A stretch of DNA of 64,000 nucleotides, taken from Octopus vulgaris (Eukaryota). The translations under genes were made by a program, and so were the position numbers. Every line of letters begins with the position of its first letter. The first letter of the stretch is position 1. The notes beneath the pieces are model-generated. The model did not search any database, had not been told where the DNA came from, and was given only the letters and a program-made list of their open reading frames with translations. The stretch spans positions 68,944,001 through 69,008,000 of the forward strand of contig OX597815.1 of NCBI GenBank assembly GCA_951406725.2, in the 5' to 3' direction. Below are positions 25,187-37,063 of this stretch, in pieces.

Positions 25187-25612
25187 GACGCAGGAGTGGC
25201 TGTGTGGTAAGTAGCTTGTTTAGCAACCACATTGTTCCGGGTTCAGTCCAACTGCGTGGCACCTTGGGCAAGTGTCTTCTACTATAGCCACGGGCCGACC
25301 AAAGCCTTGTGAGTGGATTTGGTAGACGGAAACTGAAAGAAGCCCGTCGTATATATGTATATATATATATATATGTGTGTGTGCGTGTATGTTTGTGTGT
25401 CTGTGTCTGTCCCCCTAGTATTGCTTCACAACCGATGCTGGTGTGTTTATGTCCCCGTCACTTAGCGGTTTGGCAAAAGAGACCGATAGAATAAGTACTG
25501 GAGTTACAAAGAATAAGTCCCGGGGTTGAGTTGCTCGATTAAAAATAAAAAGGCGGTGCTCCAGCATGTCCGCAGTCAAATGACTGAAACAAGTCAAAGA
25601 ATAAAAAGAGTA
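25187..25612 (+). mobile_element. tRNA-derived SINE family A, near full length and young
   Basis: A/B boxes (TGGCTGTGTGGT, GGTTCAGTCC), CORE-like GCACCTTGGGCAAGT, internal (TA)/(TG) tract and A-rich 3' tail. CpGs retained. Many older copies across the window. Confidence 0.85.
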
Positions 25613-26039
25613 ATAGTTAAAGTGTAAGGGAGAAAACTCAAAGTGGCTCTGCTATGTCAAAGCTAAATGCATTAGATTTAGTTAATTCCCCTGACAACTG
25701 TTGCGTGTAGAGCTATTTTCAGTTGTCTTCTGCTGTTATGTATATCTCCATAGCAATATAATAGAAGATAGGCTCAATATATACTCGAATTTTAAAAAAT
25801 CTTTTACTTGTTTCAGTCTTTGGATTGCGTCTGTGCTGAGGCATCACCTTGAAGAATATTTAGTGACCCTAGTACTTATTTTTAAAATCTGTTATTTATT
25901 CTATAGGTCTGTTTCATTGCACTGCTTGGTTCCCAGGGATGTGAATACACTGGTAGTGAGAGGACGAACATAAACACACACACACACACACATATACATG
26001 CACATACGTGCGCATGCACACACACCCACATATACACAT

Positions 26040-26076
<37 letters not shown>

Positions 26077-26684
26077 TGACAGATTTTTCTCAGATTACGT
26101 CTATTAAAGCCAACCACTCAGAAGATTTTGGTTGGCCTGGAACTGTAGAAAAAGGATTTGCAAAACAAAAAATTTCTAAAATGGTGCAAATTGGAAAAAT
26201 CGGGGGTGGAAATTAAAATTTTAAAATGCTGTTTATTTATTTTTTTCTGTAGAATCAGAATCTCTACTCGAAGATGGGGATTCTATACAAAAAACAAAAC
26301 AAAAATAATGAAAGGGGGTGCAGTTCACATTCTTTATGTCCGGTGCAACATAACATGAAACCATAGGAGAAGAGAGCGCCTCAACTACATAGCCATGGCA
26401 CATACATACACACAAGCATGCATGAGTGTGTGTGGGTGTGTGTGAATGTGCGATAAAGAGTGAAAAACTATTTTTAGTCAATGAAAAATTCTATTGTCGT
26501 CATTCTGGATCAAACGAATTATTTTGATCAGGATTAATGTGAGGGTAAAAGAAATGATAGCTCAAGTGGATTCCCAGTCCTGAATTTATCAACCACACTC
26601 AGGATGTGGCTGTAATGTCTGTGGCCTCTATTTACTCAACAATTGTACACAAATGCCATTTGAGTGAGTGTGTGTGTGGGTATG

Positions 26685-26689
<5 letters not shown>

Positions 26690-26729
<40 letters not shown>

Positions 26730-26930
26730 ATATATGTATGTATGTATATATATGTATGTATGTATATATATGTATGTATGTATATATATGTATGTATGTA
26801 TATATATGTATGTATGTATATATATGTATGTATGTATATATATGTATGTATGTATGTATGTATATATGTATGTATGTATATATGTATGTATATATATGTA
26901 TGTATGTATGTATATGTATGTATATATATG

Positions 26931-26969
<39 letters not shown>

Positions 26970-27740
26970 GTATATGTATGTATGTATATATATGTATGTA
27001 TGTATGTATATATATGTATGTATGTATATATATGTATGTGTATGTATATATATGTATGTGTATGTGTATGTATGTATATATATGTATGTGTATGTATGTA
27101 TATATATGTATGTGTATGTATGTATATATATGTATGTGTATGTATGTATGTGTATGTATGTATATATATATTTAAATATATATGTATGTATGTATATGAT
27201 GTATGTATATATATAACCCATGCTAGCATGGAAAACGGACGCTAAACGATGATGATGATGAGCACCGCCTCGACTGGCTTCCGTGCCGGTGGTACATAAA
27301 ATACAGCAATCCGACCGTGGCTGTTGCCAGCCTCGCCTGGCACCTGTGCAGGTGGCACGTAAAAAGCACCCACTACACTCACGGAGTGGTTGGCGTTAGG
27401 AAGGGCATCCAGCTGTAGAAACATTGCCAGATAAGACTGGAGTCTGGTGCAGCCTTCTGGCTTCCCAGATCCCCGGTCGAACCGTCCAACCCATGCTAGC
27501 ATGTAGAACGGACGTTAAACGATGATAATGATGTATGTCTATATGTATGTATATATGTATGTATATATATATGTATGTATATATGTTTGTATGTATGTAT
27601 ATATGTATGTATATATATATGTATGTATATATATATATGTATGTATATATATATATGTATGTATGTATATATATATATATATGTATGTATTTGTATTTAT
27701 ATTTATATAATATATGTATATATATTTATATAATCTATAT
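26690..27740. repeat. Compound (TA)/(TATG) micro/minisatellite with an embedded RTE 3' end
   Basis: About 18-bp units TATATATGTATGTATGTA. RTE terminus (AACCCATGCTAGCATG...AAACGATGAT) present twice within 27216-27530. Confidence 0.9.
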
Positions 27741-27789
27741 ATTTTGCTCTAGCAAAACCCCTCCAGATTCTCTTCTAGAGCTTTCTTGC

Positions 27790-28180
27790 AAATGGCAGAT
27801 TGCCAAGCAAGCTGAAGGAGGGAAAAATATGCCCAATCTATAAAGGGGGAAGCATAGCAGATGCCAAAAACTATAGGCCTATCTCTCTGACTTCACACAT
27901 CAGCAAAGTCGTGGAACTGATAGTCAGAGGGAAACCAATCGCATTCCTTGAAGAAAATAATTTGCTGAGTGATACCCAGCATGGCTTTTGACCAGGTTGG
28001 AGCTGCCTGACCCAGCTCTTACAACATTATGACTGGGTGTTGAGGCAGTTACTCAACAACTCAAATGTGGACGTAATATACCTTGATTTTGCAAAAGCTT
28101 TTGACAAGGTGGATCATGGTATGATATGCCACAAACTGTGTGATCTCAGTATAGCTGGAAAACTTGGAGAGTGGTTACAG
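27790..28180 (+). pseudogene. CR1-clade LINE reverse transcriptase fragment
   Basis: One frame reads [53 protein letters not shown]. The stop at 27989-91 fits CGA>TGA decay. Confidence 0.9.
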
Positions 28181-28624
28181 TATTTTATCTGCCGTTACAT
28201 TCTCAGTTCAAATTCCACCGAGGTTGACTTTGATGTAATCAACTTAATCCTTTTGTCTGTCCTTGTTTGTCCTGTCTGTGTTTAGCCCCTGTGAGCAATA
28301 AAGAAATATATATATATATTTTATAATATATATATTTATAATATATATGTATATATAATATATATATCTATATATATATATATATATATAGGTGCAGGAG
28401 TGGCTGTGTGGTAAGTAGCTTGCTTCCCAACGACATGGTTCCAGGTTCAGTCCCACTGTGTGACACCTTGGGCAAGTGTCTTCTACTATAGCCTCGTGCC
28501 GACTTTGGCTTCTTTTTGTTTCCGTCTATCAAATCCATTCACAATTTATAGCCCGAGGCTATAGCAGTAGATACTTGCCCAAGGTGCCACGCAGTGGGAC
28601 TGAATTCAGAACCATGTGGTTGGT

Positions 28625-28988
28625 AAGCACTCCGTCGATTACGATGACGAGGGTTCCAGTTGATCCGATCAATGGAACAGCCTGCTCGTGAAATAAACGT
28701 GCAAGTGGCTGAGCACTCCACAGATACGCTTACCCGGGGAGATTCAGCGTGACATAGAGCGTGATAAGTCCAGCCTTTTGACATACTGGTACAATAGAAA
28801 CAGAAAGAAAAAGCGAGAGAAAGCTGTGGTGAAAGGGTACAGCAGGGTCACCACCACCTCCTGCTGGAACCTCGTGGAGCTTTAGGTGTTTTCACTCAAT
28901 AAACATTCACAACGCCCGGTTTGGGAATCGAAACCCTGATCCTACGACCGCGAGTCGCTTGCCCTAACCACTGGGCCACTGCGCCTCC
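28625..28988 (-). mobile_element. tRNA-derived SINE family C
   Basis: Colinear with 52710-53093; head GGAGGCGCAGTGGCCCAGTGGTTAGGGC...GGTTTCGATTCCC. Confidence 0.85.
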
Positions 28989-30006
28989 GCCTGCGCGCGC
29001 GCGCGCGCACACACACACAATCCGAATCGGTTATTTTCAGACGCGACGGTACACCCAATCCTCTCTGTAAGCCAATACTGACAATCGTAAAAATGCTTAT
29101 GCAATAATATAAAGTATATTAAAATAAATAACAAGAATACTCCCAACCCTTCCCCCACCAAAAAAAAAACCCATTACGTTTTTGGGAAATTTCATTCACT
29201 GTTTTTATAAAGTTTTTATTCTATGTACGTTCCTATATTTCTAACTTTCCATTGTGTCTTTCTTTACTCATGTTTGCTTTTTGTCCCATCTTTGGGGGAA
29301 TTCCAACGTTTCGTGGTTCGCTACCTCAACACCTCCTTTATAGGATCCACTGGCTAAAGATATCATCAGGAGGAACTACATCCGGTTTCGGCCCCTTTTC
29401 CTACGAATTGTAGTGCACTTGAGTACTGTATATAATCAACTAATTATTATCATTATTACAAAGAGGTCGATTTTTATACAGTTGTTCATGATTATCATTC
29501 TTCATTAAGTATCTAAAGACAGCGAGCTGGCCGATTCGTTGACGTGGCTGGGAAATGCATGGGAGCGTTTGTTCTGGTTCTTTACAGTCGGAGTTCAAAT
29601 TTTGTCTTTCCACTTTCAAGACCAATGAAATAAGAACCAGTTAAGCGCTGGAGTCATGTAATCGACATGCCTGCTCCCTTAAAATTGCTGGCCTTGGGCC
29701 AAAATCTGAAACCACTATTAAGAATCTAATGTATTTCTTGTTGTTACTTATTATTAATATTCTGAGTTCAAATTTTGCCGAAGTTAACCTTGCTTTTCAT
29801 TTTTTGCTGAGGTTTAAAAAAATGAAGTACCAGTCAAGTACTGGGTCCATGTAGTGGACCTGACTCCATCCTCCTCAAAATTGCTTATTAGAAACTTTGA
29901 TGTGGCAAACTGGCAGAATCGTTAGAGAGTCAGTAAATAAATTGCTTTATGTCATTTGTTCTGGCTCTTTGCATTCTGAGTTCAGGTTCCACCGTAGTCG
30001 ACTTGC

Positions 30007-30548
30007 CAAAAAGTAGTAAGAATTTTGACTTTCTAATACGCTGGGGTCAAAATCTGTGTCAGACCCCTCAGAGTGCATAACAATGTTTTCTGGAACATCC
30101 TTCATCTAATTCTTGAGGTGGCAGATTCTTAAATATTGGAATGGGGATTTCATTTGAATGTAGCACAGGTCGTATCGCCGTGTCGAAATTTGGGCACTCG
30201 ATACTATGTTTATTTTTCTTAGGGAAGCCCGAAGTCTTGACAAAGCAAAAATAACAATCGGTCTCATGATTAGTAGGCTCCCGACACACCTGTATGGAAA
30301 AAAAAATTGTCAAAAGGTCATTTTTGACATAAACAAAAATCACTCTCGTTACGCAGTTAAGTTAAATTCAATTGAACTATTCTTCTCTGACTCCCATTCG
30401 ATTAATTTCACCTTTCTTATTTCTATTCAAAATCCGGACCTGATAGAATAAGACCGAGTAAAAATTCGTGCTCGGCGTACCCAAATTACCTTCAACTAAC
30501 TGTGGAATCTAATTCAATAGACAAAAAATTGAAATTTGTTCCCCAGTG
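30007..30548 (-). mobile_element. Chapaev-like (CMC superfamily) DNA transposon, internally deleted
   Basis: Minus-strand peptide REPTNHETDCYFCFVKTSGFPKKNKHSIECPNFDTAIRPVLHS matches the recalled Chapaev3 N-terminal motif WREPxxHxxDCYFC...RPVPH. CACTGGGG terminus at 30548. Confidence 0.7.
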
Positions 30549-31369
30549 TTATTATTATTTTTGTTTTTGAGGAGTGGAATTTATGATGCAAGAGTCGATA
30601 AAATCTCGCAATCAAATCTTCTGAATCGTCCTTATTTTTTTTGCGTTTGGAAATGCCTGCGATATAATGATACTGATTCAATTAGTTATGTCCGTTTCCC
30701 TAATAAATTTTGATTTGAGATTTTTGCACGAGACCATGAAGTTGTAGGAAAGAGCACAATTTAATTAATCTTCTTTACAGTATATTACCGGTACTTATTT
30801 TATTAACGCTACGGGTTTAAGGTGGCGGAGCTGGCTGAGTCGTTAGTGCGTCAAGCAAAATACTTGGCGGGTTTTCTTCTGGTTTTTTACATTCTGAGTT
30901 CTAATTTCACCGAGGTTGACTTCGCCTTTCATTCTTTCAGGGTCGATAAATGAGTACCAGTTTAACATTGGGGGAAGGATGGTTGTTGTAATCGATTTGC
31001 TCCCCTTACTTCAAAGTTGTTGGTCTTGTGTCAACATTTGAAACAGCACTACACGTATAAAGGACGAAGTCAATCCCTTATAAATATTAGTTTCCAACAG
31101 GTGTACAAGGCTATATACATTATGGGGGAAGGGACATGTCTGCTTATATCGACTCCTAGTACTTAATTGGTACTTTTATTTTTTATCAATCTTGGAAGAA
31201 TGAAAGACAAAAATCGATCTCGGCTGGATTCGATCTCAGAGTGTAAAAGGACGCAATTGAATACCGCAAGGCCGATTTCGTCAACCCACTAAAATTGGTC
31301 ATATTGAGAAAGAAAAAAAGAAAACAAAAAAACTAATTAACGTTTCTAATTGCAGTTCCGCATTTTGGA

Positions 31370-31490
31370 GGTGACGGAAGAGGTGTGGAAAATTACCTCC
31401 TGTCACATGACTAGATCAGGGTGTGTCGATTGCATGACGCATTTTATTGGTTGTCGGCTTCTGCTTGTTGCCATGAATACCGTTACGACA
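31370..31490. promoter_or_regulatory. Promoter-like motif cluster
   Basis: CGGAAG (ETS-like, 31375-80), GTCACATGAC (E-box/CLEAR-like, 31402-11), TGACG half-sites, ATTGG (31446-50) and X-box-like GTTGCCATGAATAC (31467-80), in unique CpG-retaining sequence. Confidence 0.45.
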
Positions 31491-34400
31491 TTGATTGTAT
31501 TGTATGGCTGACAGTAACTGCTAGATGCTGGGCTGCCGGTTCTTTCATTAAGTCACACACACGCCTACCTTGTCTGAGGTAGTGCTTATTGCCAAAAAAC
31601 AAACGCGCATGCATATACATACATACACACATTATGTATATACATTCGTACATAACGACATACATTACGTACATGCATATACATACATACATACGAATAT
31701 ACGTGTACGTACGTGTATATGTATATGCACATGCATATGTACAATATGTGCATATATAGACGTACATGCACACATATATACATGTATGTAGTTGTACACG
31801 CACATACATATAATGTATCGTAGTCTGATGTGCCAGAAGTCGTTGGAATGCGGTACCAATATTTGATGCTCGTACTTCCCAAGAAAAACTTAACGATCTC
31901 AGAGGTAAAACGATTCCGGACAGAAATTAGAAATCGCATTAGTGTCTCTCGCGATTTCTTATTTAGACAAATGCTTTCACAAATATATACATGAACACAC
32001 ACACACAAGGAAAATAAATAAGTTTGTGTGGCATTCATACCTTTCTCAAAGTTATTGTCATGTCAGCATCAGTGATAGCGAATGGCAAAAGCGAGGGATC
32101 GAAATTATGTCGTGGCTTTTATTTGACCACTACTTTGTTTATGAAAAGAAATGCATTAAATGAATCACTCAGTTCGCTTAATCAACAGCAATATATGTTT
32201 GAATGTAAATATAAAAATTACTAAGCAATCGAAGTAAACCAACATTTATTTATCAACTAACATACAACTGACCAGTTTTAGTTTATCTTATCAACGGCGC
32301 ACGAAAGGCCCAGTCGATAAATTGAACTTGTCGACCGTTTACATCTTGTCATTCTTTCCATTGTCGTGACAATAAAGTGAACCAGATCACACGCCAGTGA
32401 ATAACATATAAATCACTGTAACATTACAGTGAAATTGATAAGGTGTCATAAGGATGCAGTTTTTAATTCAACTCCTTGGATGAGAGAGAGGCTTTGTCAA
32501 GCAGGAATGACTGAAATGCAATGGGACATGCCTGTAGTTAACGTATTTGATAGCAAAATATGACGCCCCGCTCTCCATATATTAAAAACCACGAAGTTGA
32601 GCCCCCCATAAGCTTTGATGTAGTAAACTTTTTTTCCTGAAATGCGCTGCTGGAATAGGGATGTCTTTTTTTGTCATCAAATGCATTATTTTCTGTGTCA
32701 TTCCATTTCATAAACATAACATTTTTACACACATGCACACAATTGTTTTTTGTAGTTAAGTTGTGATAACCGTGGAATACAAATCTTTATTTTTCGTGCA
32801 GCTTTGTAGTGTAGTACTCGTAGTAGTAACTGTGTAGGGTGGTATACCTTGGCAGTGGTCGGACTGATTCCAACAATTTCATGCTTCAAGAAGGTGTTGG
32901 TTTATACTTCAAGGCAAGAAAACATATTCCAATATTTCATATTAACTAAACATTTTACCTACAAGCTTTAATCCTCCCACATTTCTGACACGGTACACGG
33001 AGATCGGAAAACTGCCAGATACACTCCTCATCGTGGTAGTTGCAACTGACTGCAGCAACGTCTTCGAAGAAGACTGAGAAGGAACCTGTACATGGCCTCT
33101 TAGATATAGTAGCCAAACCTCACTTTAATAGCTTAAAAGGAAAAAAAACAAAAAAAAAACAAAACTGAGGTGCAAATTGAATGAGGTGGTCCTAGATGCT
33201 GCTTGAGAAGGGACAGGGAAAAAGCCGGATGATTGCGAGTAATACTATCTGTATTGATTATAATTAATCTGCTCACTCGGCGCTGACTGGGGCTAAACAA
33301 CAACAACTACTACTACTACTACTGTTGCTGCTGCTGCAGTTTGCAGGTAATTTTATTACATAATCACAGCAACTTGCTATATTCAGTAGAAGTACAATTA
33401 CATAAGATCTATTATTGTTACTACTGCTACTACTACTAGATAAGATTTATGTTGTTACTGCTACAACTACTATTTCCTGAAATCTATGTTGTTGCTGCTG
33501 CGCCGCCTACTCCTGCTGCTATTGCGTAAGATGTTACTGCCGCTCCTACGACCACCACTATTACATAAGATCTATATTTCCTTTCTTTTTTTTTTACTTC
33601 TACTACTTCTAAAACTGCTTAGTACTACTACTGCTGCTAGTGTTGCTGCTGTTGGTACGTCTTAGGCACATAGTGTCTGCTAGTGTGTGTCGAGAGTCGT
33701 TATGACATAGTTGTAACTACTAGCTTTACTGCACCACATTGACTATTACAATCGTTACTGTGTAACCACCATCACTACCGCTGCCGCCACCACCGCTACC
33801 GCAAATATATTCATCTACCAATACATTAGCTGCCACGGTTTTCATTATGTTTGCTTAATTGATTACTCGATTGTTATTCAGGGCCACCCTAGTATCTCAG
33901 AAGCTGCTGAGGCCAGAAATTTATATATATTTTATTAATTAACGAAACAAATTTTAAAAAAATGTTTGACCAATGTTTTTGTTGTTAAGATTTGAGCGAT
34001 TTTAGCTCGTGCTGGACGAATTACAGATTTGCAGAAAAGAAAAAAAAAAAACAGTTCTAAGAAAAATTAAATGCAATAGAAGTGTGCTCTGCTGTATACA
34101 TATATGGTACTATTATGCAACGGTGCATGTTTTTATTTACAGGTGGTTGGGTAAGACTTCAAATTGCATCTGTTAGTGAGGCCTTGGTATGAGAGTTCCA
34201 TGGTTTTGAGGAGGAGTGTGGAATTCCTTCTTAGCCACTATTGTTTCCAGGCCTATTCTGTCTGAAAGTACCAGCACTTGTTAGCGTCCCAGCTATAGGT
34301 TAACTTGCATGTGTACCACCCGCTTCAAGTACTGGCAATATTTACTGCAATAATCAGAGATTTGATCTGTGAATCCTCTGTGATGGTTGGCAATCGACAG

Positions 34401-36312
34401 CAAGGTGAGCTGCTGTAGATCATACTACCCCAACATGTGTATGCATGTGACTGGGGACCACATGTGAACTTGTATTCCCATTGAAACTCTGAACATGAAC
34501 CCAACAGTTAGTAAAGTTACCTTCTTGTGTCATACTGACTCACAAAGGTTGGCTTCCTGGTTTCATGGTGTATGTATTCCGCACTTGGAGGGGACTCTGG
34601 TCTGTCGCAGGATTACTCATTTTTACCAGCTGAGTGGATTTGAGCAATATGAAACAAAGTGTTTTGCCTGGTCCAAGAATCGAAACCACAGTCTTATGAT
34701 CATGAGTCCAATACCCTCACCACACACGTCCACATGAACCCAACACCTTAACAACAATTAATGATTACAGCTACAGCATCTGCACTATCCAACACATGTG
34801 TTCTCCTAGTGGGGCATTTGTCAAATTTGCAAACTAGACTTTTGGGCCACGGGCAGAAACATTACTTTGCCTGCTGGAATGTTAGGGCCAACTGTTAAAT
34901 GTAGTCAGCATTTGTGAGGGTTGTAGTGAGTTTATTGGTCAGACCTGGTTCAATCCATCCCAGGTGAATGTCATTGCAGGTACATGTATAATCAAGGAGA
35001 GACCACATGATTGAAATAATATATGCAAAATCCTTACTGTGCTGGACAAAATTCTAAGTGGCATTTCGTCTGTTCAAATTCCAGTGAGGTTGATTTTGCC
35101 TTTCGTCCTTTCAGGGTTGATAAAATAAGCATCAGTTGAGTATGTAAAACTTGCTGGTCTAGTGCCAAAATTTGAAACCAATACACACACACACATGCAC
35201 GCACATATACACATGTTGGGGTGGTTGTGTGGTTAAAAAGCTCGTTTTGACCACACAGTTGCAGGTTCAATCCCATTGCACTGCACCTTGACAAGTGTAT
35301 TCTTCTATAGTCCCATGCTAACCAAAATCTTGTGAGCAGATTTGATTGCTGGAAATTGAAAGTAACTTGTTTTGTATGTGTGTGTTTGCGTGTGTGTGTG
35401 TGTGTGTGTGCCTGTCCATGTCCATGCATCATAGGTGGGTGTATTTCTGTCTCTTTGTCTTGGCATTGCATGGTAGTTGTAAACAAGCATCACTGTAACC
35501 AAACTAGTTGAAGAACGTTAAGAAACTACATTAGTTTATTTATGTACATTTAGCATTTATAGTACAATTGGAAAGTAAAGTCATTTTGTTGTAGAGAATT
35601 ACAACTTAAAAATTCACACTAGCTAATCTTTCATACTAATTACTAGAGTTCACAATAATTCAAATAATCTTGTTGGATTTTTATCATAGACGTGGCATAA
35701 AAAATAGCCAATATCTCAATGTGAGTGTCATGGAGTACATCCAACTATCACTATTGTGAGTGTCATGGTGTTTAGTAACATCCTACGAACACTGACTAAT
35801 TTCCCCAAAATCAGGGTTTTTATAACTGCTCATATCTGAATTCTAAGAACTGTATTTTGTGAAAGATTTCTTTGATGAAAGTTTAGAATTCGTACATGGG
35901 CAGTAATTTTAACCAATAGGGTTACCAATGATTGTGCTTGTTTGGGCAAACAACCATTATGTCATATTGCCACCTTTTATGACTTGCTACACTGTCATAC
36001 AAGTGGTGTTACACTTGTCATAATTCTGAATAGCAGCCCTAACTTTCCATTGAGTTATCATGAAGTTAATTGTCTGTATTGGAATAACATTCCTAGGGTT
36101 TGTGATTGGAAGTATGTTAAAACATCTATGTACAATTCAAAAATTGCATGGCTGTCTGTTTGTTGCTGTTGTGTAGCTCCATGTCAATTCTGACTGAGTA
36201 GTCCTGTGATACACAGATAATTGACAAAATAACTTGGTGTGACCCACAAGTCTTTTCGACATGTAAGAATGAATTATACAGAGTAGAGGGTCACAGTTTT
36301 AACATGTTTCAC

Positions 36313-36644
36313 CAGTGGTTCTCAGCCAAGGTCCATATGACTCCTTGGGGTCAATATAAGAATTTTTGGGGTCCATGGTAGTATTTTAGGTGTAAATGAA
36401 AAAAAATTTTGCTTTAGGTGTATTTATTGCAAAAAAATTACTAGTTTATTTCTTTAATGCTTTACACAGTTCAACATGTTTCCAGTCACTGAAACATGCT
36501 CCCTAAGAGAGCACTACTGCAAATCTACACAAGTGAACATGTGAAAAACAAAATAGGAATTTTGAAAGAAGTATGTATAAAACTAGTTTTTAATGGTTGT
36601 TGGGGCTGTAGGTAATCGAAGGAGTCCATAGGTTAAAAATCAGT
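36313..36644. mobile_element. hAT-type MITE (decayed)
   Basis: Starts CAGTGGTTCTCAGCC and ends GGTTAAAAATCAG, resembling hAT/Charlie CAGTGGTTCTCAACC TIRs. Confidence 0.45.
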
Positions 36645-36910
36645 CTATCAGTTCTATCAGTCTCTTTTGCAAAACTGCTCAGTTATGGAGGTGTAAACAA
36701 ATCAACATTTACTATCAAGTGATGGTGGTGGTGATGGGGTTATACACAAACAAACAGGCACACACACACACACAATGAGCTTCTTTCAGTTTCCTTCTAC
36801 CAAATCCACTCACAGAACATTGGCTGGTCTGAGGTTATAATAAAAGACGCCTTGCCCAAAGTGCTATGCATGGGACTGAACCCAAAACCACATGGTTGTA
36901 AAGCAAGTTT

Positions 36911-37063
36911 AGAGTTGATCACTTTGGAGAGCAACCATATAAATGTGATGTTTGTATTAAATCATTCTCACATCATTTCAGCTTAAAGAAGTATAAAACA
37001 CACACACGGAAGAGAAACACTGTCAACAGTGTAAAGTCTGTGTGTAAGCATTCTTATCATATA
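36911..37063 (+). pseudogene. Degenerate C2H2 zinc-finger array fragment
   Basis: HFGEQPYKCDVCIKSFSHHFSLKKYKTHT, then a frameshift to THTEEKHCQQCKVCV*AF. TGEKP-like linkers; lost His ligand and a stop codon. Confidence 0.65.

Noticed and set aside
26606-27245. Long ORFs (182-197 aa) on both strands
   Set aside because: Translations of TA/TATG microsatellite, with no coding signal.
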